Below, piece by piece: positions 10,370 to 20,322 of a stretch of 64,000 nt of DNA. The stretch's first letter is position 1. Every line of letters starts with the position of its first letter. The notes beneath the pieces were generated by a model. That model had not been told where the DNA came from, ran no database searches, and saw nothing but the letters and a program-made list of their open reading frames with translations. Position numbers and translations under genes: made by a program. This DNA comes from an uncultured Alphaproteobacteria bacterium (lineage in GTDB: Bacteria; Pseudomonadota; Alphaproteobacteria; Rhizobiales; Aestuariivirgaceae): assembly GCA_963700935.1 (NCBI GenBank), contig CAVOZK010000023.1:51357-115356 (forward strand). The letters are read 5' to 3'.

Positions 10370-11284
10370 ATGGCAGTAGCGCTGCGCAAGAACCTGCCGC
10401 CCACCAACGCGCTGGTCGTGTTCGAGGCGGCCGGCCGGCACATGAACTTTACCAGGGCCGCCAAGGAACTGGACGTCACACAGTCTGCCGTCTCGCGGCA
10501 GATCCAGCTGCTGGAGGAATTCCTGGGGTTTTCGGTGTTCCAGCGCCAGTCGCGCGGTCTCTCGCTGACGTCTGAAGGCGAGCGGCTGCACCGCGCTGTC
10601 ACCATGGGGCTGGAGCACGTGGCAAACGTCTCGGCAGACCTGCGCCGCCAGCGCGGCCCGGGTGAACTGACGGTCGCGACGTCGGTTGCCTTCGCCTCCT
10701 ACTGGCTGATGGCGCGCATTGCCAAGTTCCGGGGGCAGCACCCCGAAATCGACATCCGCCTGGTAGCTGCCTCCCCCGTCTATGACCTGGCAAGCGAAGG
10801 CATCGACATCGCCGTGCGTTATGGATCCGGCGAATGGCCCGGCGTGGACGCCACGCGGTTGTTCGACAACGAGATCTGGCCGGTCTGCTCGCCGCGCTAC
10901 CTCGAAAAGGCAGGCGCGCTGGCAAAGCCATCGGATTTTCTCAACCACTCGCTGCTGCACCTGGCCAAGTTCGACCGCAACTGGGTGACCTGGGACAGTT
11001 TCCTTGCAGCCGTCGGCGTGGACGGGGAGCCAGGCGGACGAGGCTTCACCTTCGATAACTACATGGTGCTGATCCAGTCGGCGCTGCGCGGCGAGGGTAT
11101 CGCCCTGTGCGGACGGCGGCTGGCCGAGGACTTCATCGAACAGGGCGACCTGGTGCGGCCGATCCCGGTGGCGCAGGAGTCGGACCGTGGCTTCTGGCTG
11201 CTGCGTCCGCGCGACGGCCAGATGTCGGAACAAGCGCGCATGTTCCACAACTGGCTTCTGAATGAAGCCCGCCAGCCAAGCTGA
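10370..11284 (+). CDS. LysR family regulator, GcvA-like
   Basis: LPPTNALVVFEAAGRHMNFTRAAKELDVTQSAVSRQI HTH and DIAVRYGSGEWPG. Confidence 0.93.
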   Translation: MAVALRKNLPPTNALVVFEAAGRHMNFTRAAKELDVTQSAVSRQIQLLEEFLGFSVFQRQSRGLSLTSEGERLHRAVTMGLEHVANVSADLRRQRGPGELTVATSVAFASYWLMARIAKFRGQHPEIDIRLVAASPVYDLASEGIDIAVRYGSGEWPGVDATRLFDNEIWPVCSPRYLEKAGALAKPSDFLNHSLLHLAKFDRNWVTWDSFLAAVGVDGEPGGRGFTFDNYMVLIQSALRGEGIALCGRRLAEDFIEQGDLVRPIPVAQESDRGFWLLRPRDGQMSEQARMFHNWLLNEARQPS

Positions 11285-11359
11285 CTTGGCAATTCTGTCG
11301 GCCAGGCTGACTTTGCAGGACACTTGCCCGCTGCCTGCATGGGCGTTAAGTCAGTGCCC

Positions 11360-12781
11360 ATGAACGACAGGACCTTGCACATCATCGGCGGCGGCATGGC
11401 CGGATCCGAAGCCGCCTGGCAGGCGGCGCAGGCCGGCGTGCGCGTGATCATTCACGAGATGCGCCCGGTGCGCGGCACCGATGCCCACCAGACAGACGGT
11501 CTGGCCGAACTCGTATGCTCCAACTCATTCCGCTCCGACGACGATCAACACAATGCTGTCGGCCTGCTGCACTGGGAAATGCGCACGGCGGGCTCGCTGG
11601 TCATGGCCAAGGCCGATGAACACAAGCTGCCGGCAGGCGGCGCGCTGGCGGTGGATCGAGAGGCGTTTTCCGCCGCCGTGACCGCCGCGCTGGAAGCTCA
11701 TCCCAACATCACCGTTTCGCGCGAGGAAGTGCCGGGCCTGCCGCCGCAAGACTGGGCCAGCACCATCATTGCCACCGGCCCCCTCACCTCGCCCTCGCTC
11801 GCTGAAGACATCCGCGCCGCAACCGGCGATGAAGGCCTGGCCTTTTTCGACGCCATTGCCCCCATCGTCTACAAGGACAGCATCGACTTCTCCAAGGCGT
11901 GGTACCAGTCGCGCTATGACAAGGCCGGTCCTGGCGGGTCAGGGGCCGACTACATCAACTGCCCGCTCGACAAGGCGCACTACGAGGCGTTCATTGCCGC
12001 CCTGCTGGCGGCAGAGAAGACCAGCTTCAAGGAATGGGAAGGCACGCCCTATTTCGACGGCTGCCTGCCCATCGAGGTAATGGCCGAGCGCGGACCGGAG
12101 ACATTGCGTCACGGGCCGATGAAGCCGATGGGTCTGACCAACGCCCATCAGCCGGACGTGAAGGCCTACGCCGTGGTGCAACTGCGCCAGGACAATGCGC
12201 TGGGCACGCTCTACAACATGGTCGGCTTCCAGACCAAGATGAAGTACGGCGCGCAAACCGATGTCATCCGGATGATTCCGGGGCTCGAGAAGGCCGAGTT
12301 CGCCCGCCTCGGCGGCATTCATCGCAACACCTTCATCAACTCGCCCCGGCTGCTGGACGGGCAGTTGCGCCTCAAGCAGCGTCCGCAAGTGCGTTTCGCC
12401 GGTCAGATCACCGGCGTTGAAGGCTACGTCGAAAGCGCCGCCATGGGTCTTCTGGCCGGCCGCATGGCCGCGGCTGAACTGCTCGGCGCCAGCCTGGAGG
12501 CGCCCCCATCCACCACCGCCCACGGCGCACTGGTGTCGCACATCACCGGCGGCCACCTGGTGGATGAGTCAGGCGACATGACCTCGAAGGCCCGCTCGTT
12601 CCAGCCGATGAACGTGAACTTCGGACTGTTTCCCGAGGTTGAGCTGCCCCGTGACGAAAACGGCAAGCGCCCGCGCGGCAAGGCCAAGAAGCCGGCCCGC
12701 CAGCTTGCCTACACCACCCGCGCCAAGCGCGAATTCACCGGCTGGCTAGAGGCCACGACCGGGTTGCTGGCGGCTGAGTAG
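11360..12781 (+). CDS. trmFO: Folate/FAD-dependent tRNA (uracil-54-C5)-methyltransferase
   Basis: [50 protein letters not shown] and [10 protein letters not shown]. Confidence 0.96.
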   Translation: MNDRTLHIIGGGMAGSEAAWQAAQAGVRVIIHEMRPVRGTDAHQTDGLAELVCSNSFRSDDDQHNAVGLLHWEMRTAGSLVMAKADEHKLPAGGALAVDREAFSAAVTAALEAHPNITVSREEVPGLPPQDWASTIIATGPLTSPSLAEDIRAATGDEGLAFFDAIAPIVYKDSIDFSKAWYQSRYDKAGPGGSGADYINCPLDKAHYEAFIAALLAAEKTSFKEWEGTPYFDGCLPIEVMAERGPETLRHGPMKPMGLTNAHQPDVKAYAVVQLRQDNALGTLYNMVGFQTKMKYGAQTDVIRMIPGLEKAEFARLGGIHRNTFINSPRLLDGQLRLKQRPQVRFAGQITGVEGYVESAAMGLLAGRMAAAELLGASLEAPPSTTAHGALVSHITGGHLVDESGDMTSKARSFQPMNVNFGLFPEVELPRDENGKRPRGKAKKPARQLAYTTRAKREFTGWLEATTGLLAAE

Positions 12782-12793
12782 GCTGGCTGATAA

Positions 12794-12846
12794 ATCCCGG
12801 CCTTGTGACGGGATCCAGTCTGGGCCCCGTAATAAATCCGGAGCGC
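12794..12846. repeat. Degenerate REP-like double palindrome between convergent genes
   Basis: ATCCCGGCCTTGTGACGGGATCCAG..., resembling the element at 53467-53517. Confidence 0.4.
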
Positions 12847-12854
12847 GAAACTCT

Positions 12855-13715
12855 TCAAAACGTCTCGCCTTTTGCCGACTTGAACAAGGTGATCTGGTTC
12901 AGCCATTGCGGGCGGGAGACAACATCCGTCAGCATGGTGCCCCGGGCCTTCTTCAACCGGCCGAGATAAGCCTCGGTCAGGCCAGCGTGCAGGAACGCCG
13001 GCAGCGCCGCCTCCGGCACCCGCGACGACTGCCTGCGCGCCTCGGCAAGCCGCTTTTCCGCATGGGCCACCAGTTCCAGCAGCACCAGGTCCATGCCCGC
13101 CCCCACCCGCCCGGCTATAACGTGGGACGGTTGCAGTCCCTGCTTCTCCAGCATCGCCCCGGGCACGTAGCATTGCCCCCTCGCCCGGTGCACCGGCAGC
13201 GAGCGCAACAGCCCGGCAATGCCGCTGGCCACCCCCGCCAGCCCCGACACCTCGGCGCACTCCAGCGCGTCATACTGCGCGAGCACCAGCGCACTCATCT
13301 GGATCAGCGCCGACGCCGTCTCTCCCAGATAGCCTTCGAGCGTGTTGAGATCTGGCATCGGATCATCGAACAGGTCAAAACGGCGCGCCTCGATCATGTT
13401 GAGCAGCGTGTGGCGCGGCAGGTCGCCGGCCTCCACCGCGCGGGCAAGGCCCTGCGGCACCGGCGCATTGAGGGTATCGCCGGCAAATATGCTGTCGACC
13501 ACCTGCTCCCACCAGGCCAGCCTCACTTCGCCTGCCGCCGGATCGCTGATGCGCTCACGCACCTGCGCCAGTTCGGCGTTGAAGGCATAAAGTGCCGCCA
13601 CCTCGCCCCGTTTCGGCTCGGGCGTCAGCAGCAGGCACAGATAGCGGTCACGGTCGGCTGCGCGCACCAGCGCAGTGAGGTGCCCGGCAAGATCTGCGGG
13701 AAACGGGCCGGCCAT
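12855..13715 (-). CDS. Phytoene/squalene synthase family protein (NDUFAF6-like)
   Basis: DRDRYL, ALYAFNAELAQVRE, GEVRLAWW and LEGYLGETAS. No DDxxD motif. Confidence 0.85.
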   Translation of the reverse strand: MAGPFPADLAGHLTALVRAADRDRYLCLLLTPEPKRGEVAALYAFNAELAQVRERISDPAAGEVRLAWWEQVVDSIFAGDTLNAPVPQGLARAVEAGDLPRHTLLNMIEARRFDLFDDPMPDLNTLEGYLGETASALIQMSALVLAQYDALECAEVSGLAGVASGIAGLLRSLPVHRARGQCYVPGAMLEKQGLQPSHVIAGRVGAGMDLVLLELVAHAEKRLAEARRQSSRVPEAALPAFLHAGLTEAYLGRLKKARGTMLTDVVSRPQWLNQITLFKSAKGETF

Positions 13716-13719
13716 CGGC

Positions 13720-14124
13720 TCAACTCCCGTCAGGGCGGTGTTCGTCAACCGCAATCAGGGCGCAGGCCACGTCCCGGCCTTCCGACAACAGCACGTTGTA
13801 GGTGCGCACTGCCGCACCAGTGGTCATCGGTTCAAGCCCGATGCCGGCCTCCACAAAGGCCTTGCGCACGCTGGCGGGCGGAAAAACCTGGGTGTTGCCG
13901 GTGCCCAGCAACAGGAAACCGACGCCTTCGGGGGCGCACAGGACCGGCTCGAAATCCGCCAGCGTCAGGGTTGCCCTATCAGTGGGCGCCCAACCGGACA
14001 CCCCACTCGGCAGGCACAGCAGCGAGCCCTTGTGGGACATGTCACGGAAGCGGAAGCCACCATTTCCGTAGGCGTCAATCGGCGCCCGCTCGTTGAGATA
14101 GGCCTTTCCGCCGGCGCCCGTCAT
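13720..14124 (-). CDS. Mth938-like domain protein (NDUFAF3/AAMDC homolog)
   Basis: IDAYGNGGFRF, LLLGTG and MTTGAAVRTYNVLLSEGR. TGATG coupling to the secF stop. Confidence 0.88.
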   Translation of the reverse strand: MTGAGGKAYLNERAPIDAYGNGGFRFRDMSHKGSLLCLPSGVSGWAPTDRATLTLADFEPVLCAPEGVGFLLLGTGNTQVFPPASVRKAFVEAGIGLEPMTTGAAVRTYNVLLSEGRDVACALIAVDEHRPDGS

Positions 14125-15086
14125 CAGGGCTGAGTGCCATCCGCCTCGGCCGGAATGTCGCCAGGGCCCGGCTTGGGCGTTCGGTCCACGTAGGCGCCCA
14201 TCATCGACAACAGCGGCGCACCGATGAAAATCGACGAGTAGGTGCCGACGATCACGCCGAAGATCATGATGAAGGTGAAGCTGCGCAGAACCTCCCCACC
14301 GAAGATGTACAAAGCCAGCAGCGCCAGCAGCGTCGAGATCGAGGTCATCAGCGTGCGCGGCAGCGTCTGGTTCAGTGACAGATCGACCATCTTGTCGAAG
14401 GGCATCTTCTTGTACTTGCGCAGGTTCTCGCGGAACCGGTCGAACACCACCACCGTGTCGTTCAGCGAATACCCGACAATGGTCAGGATGGCGGCAATCG
14501 AGGTGAGATCGAACTGCACCCTGACAAGGCACAACAACCCGATGGTGAGCGCCACGTCATGGATCAGCGTGGCCACTGTGCCGATGGCGAACTGCCATTC
14601 GAACCGCAGCCAGATGTAGATCATGATGGCGATGAACGACAGCAGGATGGCGAGAATGCCGTCTCGGGCCAGTTCACCGGACACCTTTGAACCGAGCGAG
14701 TTGACGGCGCGATATTCCACCCGGTCGCCGAACGCCTGCTTGACCTTGGCAACTGCTTCCTGCTGTGCCTCCTCGCCGCCGTCCTGCAGGCCGATACGGA
14801 TGGCAACGTCGCCATCACCGCCAAACTCCTGCAGTTCGGTACTCCCGAGGCCAAGCCCTCCGACGACAGCGCGCATCTCGTCGATGGTGAGCGTCTGGGC
14901 GTTCTCCTGCGTCGGACGAACAAGGATCTCGGTACCGCCGGTAAAGTCGATGCCGTAGTTCAGGCTTACCGTGAAGAACAGCACGATGGAGCCGAGCACC
15001 GCGACAATGGAGGCAATGAAGCCCGGCCGGGCAAACCTCATGAAGCTTATGTCGGTATTGTCCGGAACGAAGCGAAGCGGTTTCAT
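14124..15086 (-). CDS. secF: Protein translocase subunit SecF
   Basis: GIDFTGG, RFEWQFA, GYSLNDTVVVFDRFRENL and GTYSSIFI. Confidence 0.96.
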   Translation of the reverse strand: MKPLRFVPDNTDISFMRFARPGFIASIVAVLGSIVLFFTVSLNYGIDFTGGTEILVRPTQENAQTLTIDEMRAVVGGLGLGSTELQEFGGDGDVAIRIGLQDGGEEAQQEAVAKVKQAFGDRVEYRAVNSLGSKVSGELARDGILAILLSFIAIMIYIWLRFEWQFAIGTVATLIHDVALTIGLLCLVRVQFDLTSIAAILTIVGYSLNDTVVVFDRFRENLRKYKKMPFDKMVDLSLNQTLPRTLMTSISTLLALLALYIFGGEVLRSFTFIMIFGVIVGTYSSIFIGAPLLSMMGAYVDRTPKPGPGDIPAEADGTQP

Positions 15087-15111
15087 CGTATCAGTCTCCT
15101 CGTTCTTGCAC

Positions 15112-16719
15112 TCACAACGGCACCGTCTTGGGCCGGCGGGCGCGGACCCAGAAGGCAATGATCAGCCGCGTTACCGTATAGGCGGTGAATACCGTCGACA
15201 GGATGCCGATGCCCAGCGTCACGGCGAAGCCGCGCACCGGGCCGGACCCCATGCCGAACAGGATCACCGCGGCGATCAGCGTGGTGATGTTGGCGTCCAG
15301 AATGGTGCCAAGCGCCATGCGGAAGCCGGTCTCGATGGCGTTGAGCGGCGAACGACCGTTGGCCACTTCCTCACGGATGCGCTCGAACACCAGCACGTTG
15401 GAGTCCACCGCCATGCCCATGGTCAGCACGATGCCGGCAATGCCAGGCAGCGTCAGCGTTGCGCCAAGGAAGGACAGCGCGCCAAGGATCATCAGCAGGT
15501 TGACCATCAGCGCAACGATCGAGAACAGGCCGAACAGCCCGTACGAGATGAACATGAATACCAGCACGCCGGCAAAGCCGAGCAGCGAGGCGATCATGCC
15601 GGCGTTCACCGAGTCCGACCCGAGGCTCGGGCCGACGGTACGCTCTTCAACGATGGTCAGCTTGGCCGGCAGCGCACCGGACCGCAAAACGATCGACAGG
15701 TCGTTCGCTTCCTCGACGGTGAAGTTGCCGGAAATCTGCCCCGTGCCGCCGCAAATCTGCTCGCGGATGACAGGAGCGGAAATCACCTGCGCATCCAGCA
15801 CGATGGCAAACGGCCGGCCGACATTCGTCTGGGTCAGGCGGCAAAAGCGCTGGGCGCCGGTGGAATTGAAGCGGAAGTTGACGACTGGCTCGTTGGTGCG
15901 CTGGTCGAAGCCGGTCTGGGCGTCATTGAGGTCCTCGCCGTCAACGGTCGCCGAACGGGACGTCTGCACCCAATACAGGACATCCGGCTCGGACCGGTCA
16001 GCCAGTTCCTCGCAGTCCAGCGGCACGGTGCCCCCGGGTCCTTGCGGTTGCGCATCGCACAGCAGCCGGAACGCCAGCTTGGCGGTCTGGCCGAGCAGCG
16101 CCTTGAGCCGCGACGGATCCTGCAGGCCCGGCACCTGCACCACGATGCGGTCCACGCCCTGGCGCTGGATTGTCGGCTCGGTGGTGCCGAGCGCGTTGAT
16201 GCGCCGGCCGATGATTTCAAGCGATTGCTGCACGGCGCGGCCAATGCGCGACTCGATCCCGCCCTGCGAGGCAGACATGGTAATGGTCTGGCCCGACTGG
16301 ACGATGTCGAATTCCTGCACCTGCCCGCCCTGGCCGAACATCCCCACGTCCACAGGTTGCGACAGTTCGCGCAGCAGCGTCATGGCCTGCTCCACGTCAG
16401 CCGCATCGCTGATCGTCACCACGGCCCCGTCGGCGGTGCGCCGCAGGCCCTGGTAACGGATCTTGCCGTCGCGCAGCTTCAGCCGGATGTCCCCGACGAG
16501 CTGCTTCGACAACCCCTCCTTCAGCGAGGCGGCATCGACCTCCAGCAGCACATGAGAGCCACCCTGCAGGTCGAGACCAAGGGTCAGCGCCCGGTTCGGC
16601 AGGAAACCGGGAATGGCTTGCCGGGTCTGTTCGGAGAGCAGGTTGGGCATGGCCGCAAGGGCGGCGAACACGATGGCGATTGCCACCATGAATGCCTTGA
16701 ATTTGGAGAAATGAAGCAT
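15112..16719 (-). CDS. secD: Protein translocase subunit SecD
   Basis: LGLDLQGG, LRSGALPA, ERTVGPSLG and GMAVDSNVLVFERIREE. Confidence 0.96.
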   Translation of the reverse strand: MLHFSKFKAFMVAIAIVFAALAAMPNLLSEQTRQAIPGFLPNRALTLGLDLQGGSHVLLEVDAASLKEGLSKQLVGDIRLKLRDGKIRYQGLRRTADGAVVTISDAADVEQAMTLLRELSQPVDVGMFGQGGQVQEFDIVQSGQTITMSASQGGIESRIGRAVQQSLEIIGRRINALGTTEPTIQRQGVDRIVVQVPGLQDPSRLKALLGQTAKLAFRLLCDAQPQGPGGTVPLDCEELADRSEPDVLYWVQTSRSATVDGEDLNDAQTGFDQRTNEPVVNFRFNSTGAQRFCRLTQTNVGRPFAIVLDAQVISAPVIREQICGGTGQISGNFTVEEANDLSIVLRSGALPAKLTIVEERTVGPSLGSDSVNAGMIASLLGFAGVLVFMFISYGLFGLFSIVALMVNLLMILGALSFLGATLTLPGIAGIVLTMGMAVDSNVLVFERIREEVANGRSPLNAIETGFRMALGTILDANITTLIAAVILFGMGSGPVRGFAVTLGIGILSTVFTAYTVTRLIIAFWVRARRPKTVPL

Positions 16720-16824
16720 GACTGCCAGGCTGTAGTTGAAGTTGACGTGCCCGGTCCCGGTACAGCTTGCCGGGACCTTGAGCTGGTCCAAACGGGATGC
16801 GGGGCCGTCATGGCCCCGCCAGCA

Positions 16825-17160
16825 TCAGCTGTCCGCCTTGGCGGGTTCGCCCTTCGAGCGCACTTCACTGACCGATGCGCGCATCAGGCGAAGCTTGGTA
16901 CCCTCGCCGGTCTCGATCATGATCTCGGTGTCATCAACGACCTTGGACACCTTGCCGATAATGCCGCCGGCGGTAACGACGTTGTCGCCACGGCGGATGT
17001 TCTTCACCATCTCCTGGTGATCTTTCATGCGCTTCTGCTGGGGACGCCATATCAGGAAGTACATGATGGCGATCATGGGCAGGATGAGGAACAGCATGCC
17101 GAACAGGTCGCCGCCCGGTCCGGCGCCGGCGCCCTGGGCATAGGCAGGTGTGATGAACAT
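16825..17160 (-). CDS. yajC: Preprotein translocase subunit YajC
   Basis: YFLIWRPQQKR and GDNVVTAGGIIGKV, upstream of secD. Confidence 0.95.
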   Translation of the reverse strand: MFITPAYAQGAGAGPGGDLFGMLFLILPMIAIMYFLIWRPQQKRMKDHQEMVKNIRRGDNVVTAGGIIGKVSKVVDDTEIMIETGEGTKLRLMRASVSEVRSKGEPAKADS

Positions 17161-17329
17161 TCGCTGAGACTCCCGAAATCAATTGATGCCCGCTCTATAT
17201 AGCTGCCCGTGGGGTGTTTGCAACTGCTCACACCTGCTGCATGCCGCCAGCCCTTGCCTCGGCGCGCAACTGCCCCTAAACGCTTGTCACCGTTCTATCG
17301 CCATTTCAGCAGGCCCTCCAGTTACAGAA

Positions 17330-18205
17330 ATGTCAGACCAGCATCTCGAAGAAATCCTTGTCCGTCTCGACCGCATCGCCAGTGCGCTGGAAAGGTCGGC
17401 GCCGCCCGCGCAGGCCGAGCCCGACTTCGCCGCCGCCGACGCCTTCGTCTGGCACGCCGCCGGCAATCGCCTGCAGCCGGTGCCGAGGGTCAACCGGGTG
17501 GAGATGGTGCTGCTGCATGGCATCGACCGGGTGCGCGATATCCTGGTGGACAATACCACGCGTTTTGCCCGCGGTTTGCCTGCCAACAATGCGCTTTTGT
17601 GGGGCGCGCGGGGCATGGGCAAGAGCTCGTTGGTCAAGGCCGCCCACGCCGCCATCACCGCGCAGCACGGCCATACGCTGAAGCTCATAGAGATCCACCG
17701 GGAGGATATCGAGAGCCTTCCCGTGCTGATGGGCCTGCTGCGCGACAAGCAGCAGTACCGCTTCCTGGTCTATTGCGACGACCTGTCTTTCGACGCCCAG
17801 GACACATCATACAAGTCGCTCAAGGCAGCCCTTGACGGCGGCATCGAGGGGCGGCCCGACAACGTGTTGCTCTACGCCACGTCGAACCGCCGCCACTTGC
17901 TGCCGCGCGACATGATCGAGAACGAACGCTCAACCGCCATCAATCCTTCGGAAGCGGTGCAGGAAAAGGTGTCGCTGTCCGACCGGTTCGGCCTGTGGCT
18001 CGGTTTCCATAACTGCTCACAGGACGAATTCCTCGAAATGATTCGCGGTTACATCGATTTCTTCAAGCTGAACGTGAGCGAGGATCAGTGGCGCGCCGAG
18101 GCCATCGAATGGCAGCAGACGCGTGGCTCACGCTCAGGCCGCGTCGCCTGGCAGTACATTCAGGATCTCGCTGGCCGGCTGGGTCAGCCGCTGGCGATGC
18201 CGTGA
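17330..18205 (+). CDS. DUF815 family AAA+ ATPase
   Basis: NALLWGARGMGKSSLVK, DDLSF, ATSNRRHL, SLSDRFGLWLGF and RSGRVAWQ. Confidence 0.88.
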   Translation: MSDQHLEEILVRLDRIASALERSAPPAQAEPDFAAADAFVWHAAGNRLQPVPRVNRVEMVLLHGIDRVRDILVDNTTRFARGLPANNALLWGARGMGKSSLVKAAHAAITAQHGHTLKLIEIHREDIESLPVLMGLLRDKQQYRFLVYCDDLSFDAQDTSYKSLKAALDGGIEGRPDNVLLYATSNRRHLLPRDMIENERSTAINPSEAVQEKVSLSDRFGLWLGFHNCSQDEFLEMIRGYIDFFKLNVSEDQWRAEAIEWQQTRGSRSGRVAWQYIQDLAGRLGQPLAMP

Positions 18206-18232
18206 GCAGCTGACCCCTCTTCCCGGCCCGGA

Positions 18233-19471
18233 TCAGGCGCAACGCGCTTTACGGCTTTCGGCGATGTGGCCCGCCACGTACTTCGCGTCGTGCCAGCAGC
18301 CCCAGATGAATGACGAGGCCCGGCGCGACAGCCACGGCAGGCCGAGGAAATAAAGCCCCGGCACCGGCGACACGCCCTTGTGGTGCTCCGGCCGGCCCTT
18401 ATCATCAAACTTGCCCACCTTCAGCCAGCCGAAATCCACGCCGAACCCGGTCGCCCAGATGATGGAGGTGACACCCGCCTGCCTGAGGTCCAGCGACCGC
18501 ATTGGATCAGTGACGCATTCGGGTAACGGCCCCAGAACCTTTGCTTCCGGCTCTTCCGGCAGGTCGAGCCCGTTGGCCTTGGCATAGGCATCTGCCTTCT
18601 CCAGCAAGGCCAGGTAATAGCCGTCGCCCGCCGTAACGTTGTGTTCGAGATCACCGGCAACCTGCAACGCGCCATCCTGATAGGCACCTGTCCGGCCAAG
18701 CAGCGTCACGCCTTGCGCCGCAAGATTGCGGAAATCCATGGTGTGGCCGCCATAAGCGCCGCTGACCGCAATGGTTACGTGCTCCATCGACGGATCGGGC
18801 GTTTCCAGATCCCACTTGCCGAGCACGCCGAGCCACCAGACGAAGTCCTTGCCACGATAGCGGCGCGGCGGCCGGTCGTGCGGCCCAACCGAGAGGTAGA
18901 CCTTGCGCCCCGCCTTCGCCAGTTCCTCGGCAATCTGCGCGCCGGAAGACCCCGCCCCAACCACCAGCACCGCGCCATCCGGCAAGACGTACGGGTTGCG
19001 GTACTGGCTGGAATGCATCTGCGTGATGCCGCTCTCCGGCGGCACCACGGTCGGAATGACCGGCTTCTGGAACGGACCGGTGGCAGCGATGACGTTGTCT
19101 GCCTCAATCATGCCCTCGGAGGTGCTCACGATGAAACCTCCGCCGGGCCGGGTTTCGACGCTGGTCACCTCGACGCCGCAACGGATGGGTGCACCAATCA
19201 TCTTGGCATAGTCCACGAAGTAGTCGGCCACGGCTTCCTTGTCCGGAAACTCGTCCGGTCCGAAGCCCTCGAACTCCATGTTCGGGAACCGGTCGTGCCA
19301 GGCCGGGCCGTTGGCCACCAGCGAATCCCAGCGCGCGCTGCGCCAGCGCTCGGCAACGCGGCTGCGCTCCAGCACCAGGTGTGGTTCGCCATGGGCCGAC
19401 AAGTGCTCGCTGGCGGCAATGCCCGCCTGCCCCGCCCCGATGACCAGGGTTGATACCTTTTCGCTCGCCAT
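18233..19471 (-). CDS. Flavin-containing monooxygenase / FAD-dependent oxidoreductase
   Basis: GAGQAG, WRSARWDSL, HSSQYRNP, second motif GAGSSG and IIWATGF. Confidence 0.88.
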   Translation of the reverse strand: MASEKVSTLVIGAGQAGIAASEHLSAHGEPHLVLERSRVAERWRSARWDSLVANGPAWHDRFPNMEFEGFGPDEFPDKEAVADYFVDYAKMIGAPIRCGVEVTSVETRPGGGFIVSTSEGMIEADNVIAATGPFQKPVIPTVVPPESGITQMHSSQYRNPYVLPDGAVLVVGAGSSGAQIAEELAKAGRKVYLSVGPHDRPPRRYRGKDFVWWLGVLGKWDLETPDPSMEHVTIAVSGAYGGHTMDFRNLAAQGVTLLGRTGAYQDGALQVAGDLEHNVTAGDGYYLALLEKADAYAKANGLDLPEEPEAKVLGPLPECVTDPMRSLDLRQAGVTSIIWATGFGVDFGWLKVGKFDDKGRPEHHKGVSPVPGLYFLGLPWLSRRASSFIWGCWHDAKYVAGHIAESRKARCA

Positions 19472-19539
19472 GGCAATCTCCTCGACAGCGCCCGCGCAAT
19501 TCGCCGGACTGATGATGCGCAAGGTAGGCGAAGTCTCAA

Positions 19540-19587
19540 ATTAGGAAAAACATTCGTTTTCTAATTGTAGATTTAGAATTTTCTAAT
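19540..19587. promoter_or_regulatory. AT-rich dyad operator region upstream of the monooxygenase (LysR-like)
   Basis: ATTAGGAAAA...TTTTCTAAT and TTAGAATTTTCTAA near-palindromes. Confidence 0.45.
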
Positions 19588-19604
19588 CAGGCCTGACGGA
19601 CAAC

Positions 19605-19639
19605 AAAAAAGGGCCGGACAGCGATTGCCATCCGGCCCT
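19605..19639 (-). terminator. Rho-independent terminator of the GST gene
   Basis: AGGGCCGGA/TCCGGCCCT stem followed by T6 on the minus strand. Confidence 0.75.
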
Positions 19640-19659
19640 GCTTGCAATTGCCTTGAGCC

Positions 19660-20322
19660 TCAGCCCAGTTTCTTCTCGTTGGCCAGCCACTCATCGTTGT
19701 TCTTGCCGACGGTCACCATGCCCCACTTCTGGAAAGCCGGACGTTCCTTGATCTGGTCCAGCCAGCGGTCGAGGTTGGGCGTATTGGCCTGCTTGATGTC
19801 GAACTGCTTGTAGCGCCAGTAAAACGCGCCGAGCGCAATGTCGGCATAGTTGAAGTAGCGGCCGGTCAGCCACGGCTTCTTGCCGATGGCCCGGTTGGCC
19901 ACCTTGAACATGCCTTCGAGATTCTTGGCTGCAACCTTCACGGCCGCCGGGTCCGCATCCTCGGGCTTGCAGCGGACCTGCTTCACCAGCACGGTGAACA
20001 TCTGCGGGTTGAGCGTCGTGGTGGTCCAGTCGGTCCACTGGTCAGCCAGCGCATAGGCCTTCTGGCCGCGCGGGCGGATCGTGTCCTTGCCGTACTTGCG
20101 CGCCAGGTACCGGATGATGGCATTGGATTCGAACAGGGTGATCGACCCGTCCTTCATCACCGGCACCAGCGCGTTCGGGTTCATCTTCTGGAACGCCTTG
20201 TCGTCAGTGCCGCCGAACTGGCCACCCACTGCGTGGCGTTCAAACTTCTGGCCACATTCTTCCAGAGCCCAAAGCACCTTCTGTACGTTGATGGACGAGC
20301 GTCTGCCCCAAACTTCGATCAT
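19660..20322 (-). CDS. Glutathione S-transferase, GstB/YliJ-like
   Basis: WGRRSSINVQKVLW, NPNALVPV and LFESNAIIRYL. Confidence 0.9.
   Translation of the reverse strand: MIEVWGRRSSINVQKVLWALEECGQKFERHAVGGQFGGTDDKAFQKMNPNALVPVMKDGSITLFESNAIIRYLARKYGKDTIRPRGQKAYALADQWTDWTTTTLNPQMFTVLVKQVRCKPEDADPAAVKVAAKNLEGMFKVANRAIGKKPWLTGRYFNYADIALGAFYWRYKQFDIKQANTPNLDRWLDQIKERPAFQKWGMVTVGKNNDEWLANEKKLG

Noticed and set aside
12855-13715. Carotenoid or hopanoid biosynthesis cluster
   Set aside because: The protein lacks DDxxD motifs and has no crt or hpn neighbours. It fits the NDUFAF6-like clade.
14971-17202. 743-aa plus-strand ORF and other long ORFs (3660-5135, 39871-41304, 60676-62445, 1427-2668)
   Set aside because: These are antisense shadows of well-supported genes. 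High-GC codon bias depletes stop codons, and the translations have no recognisable motifs.
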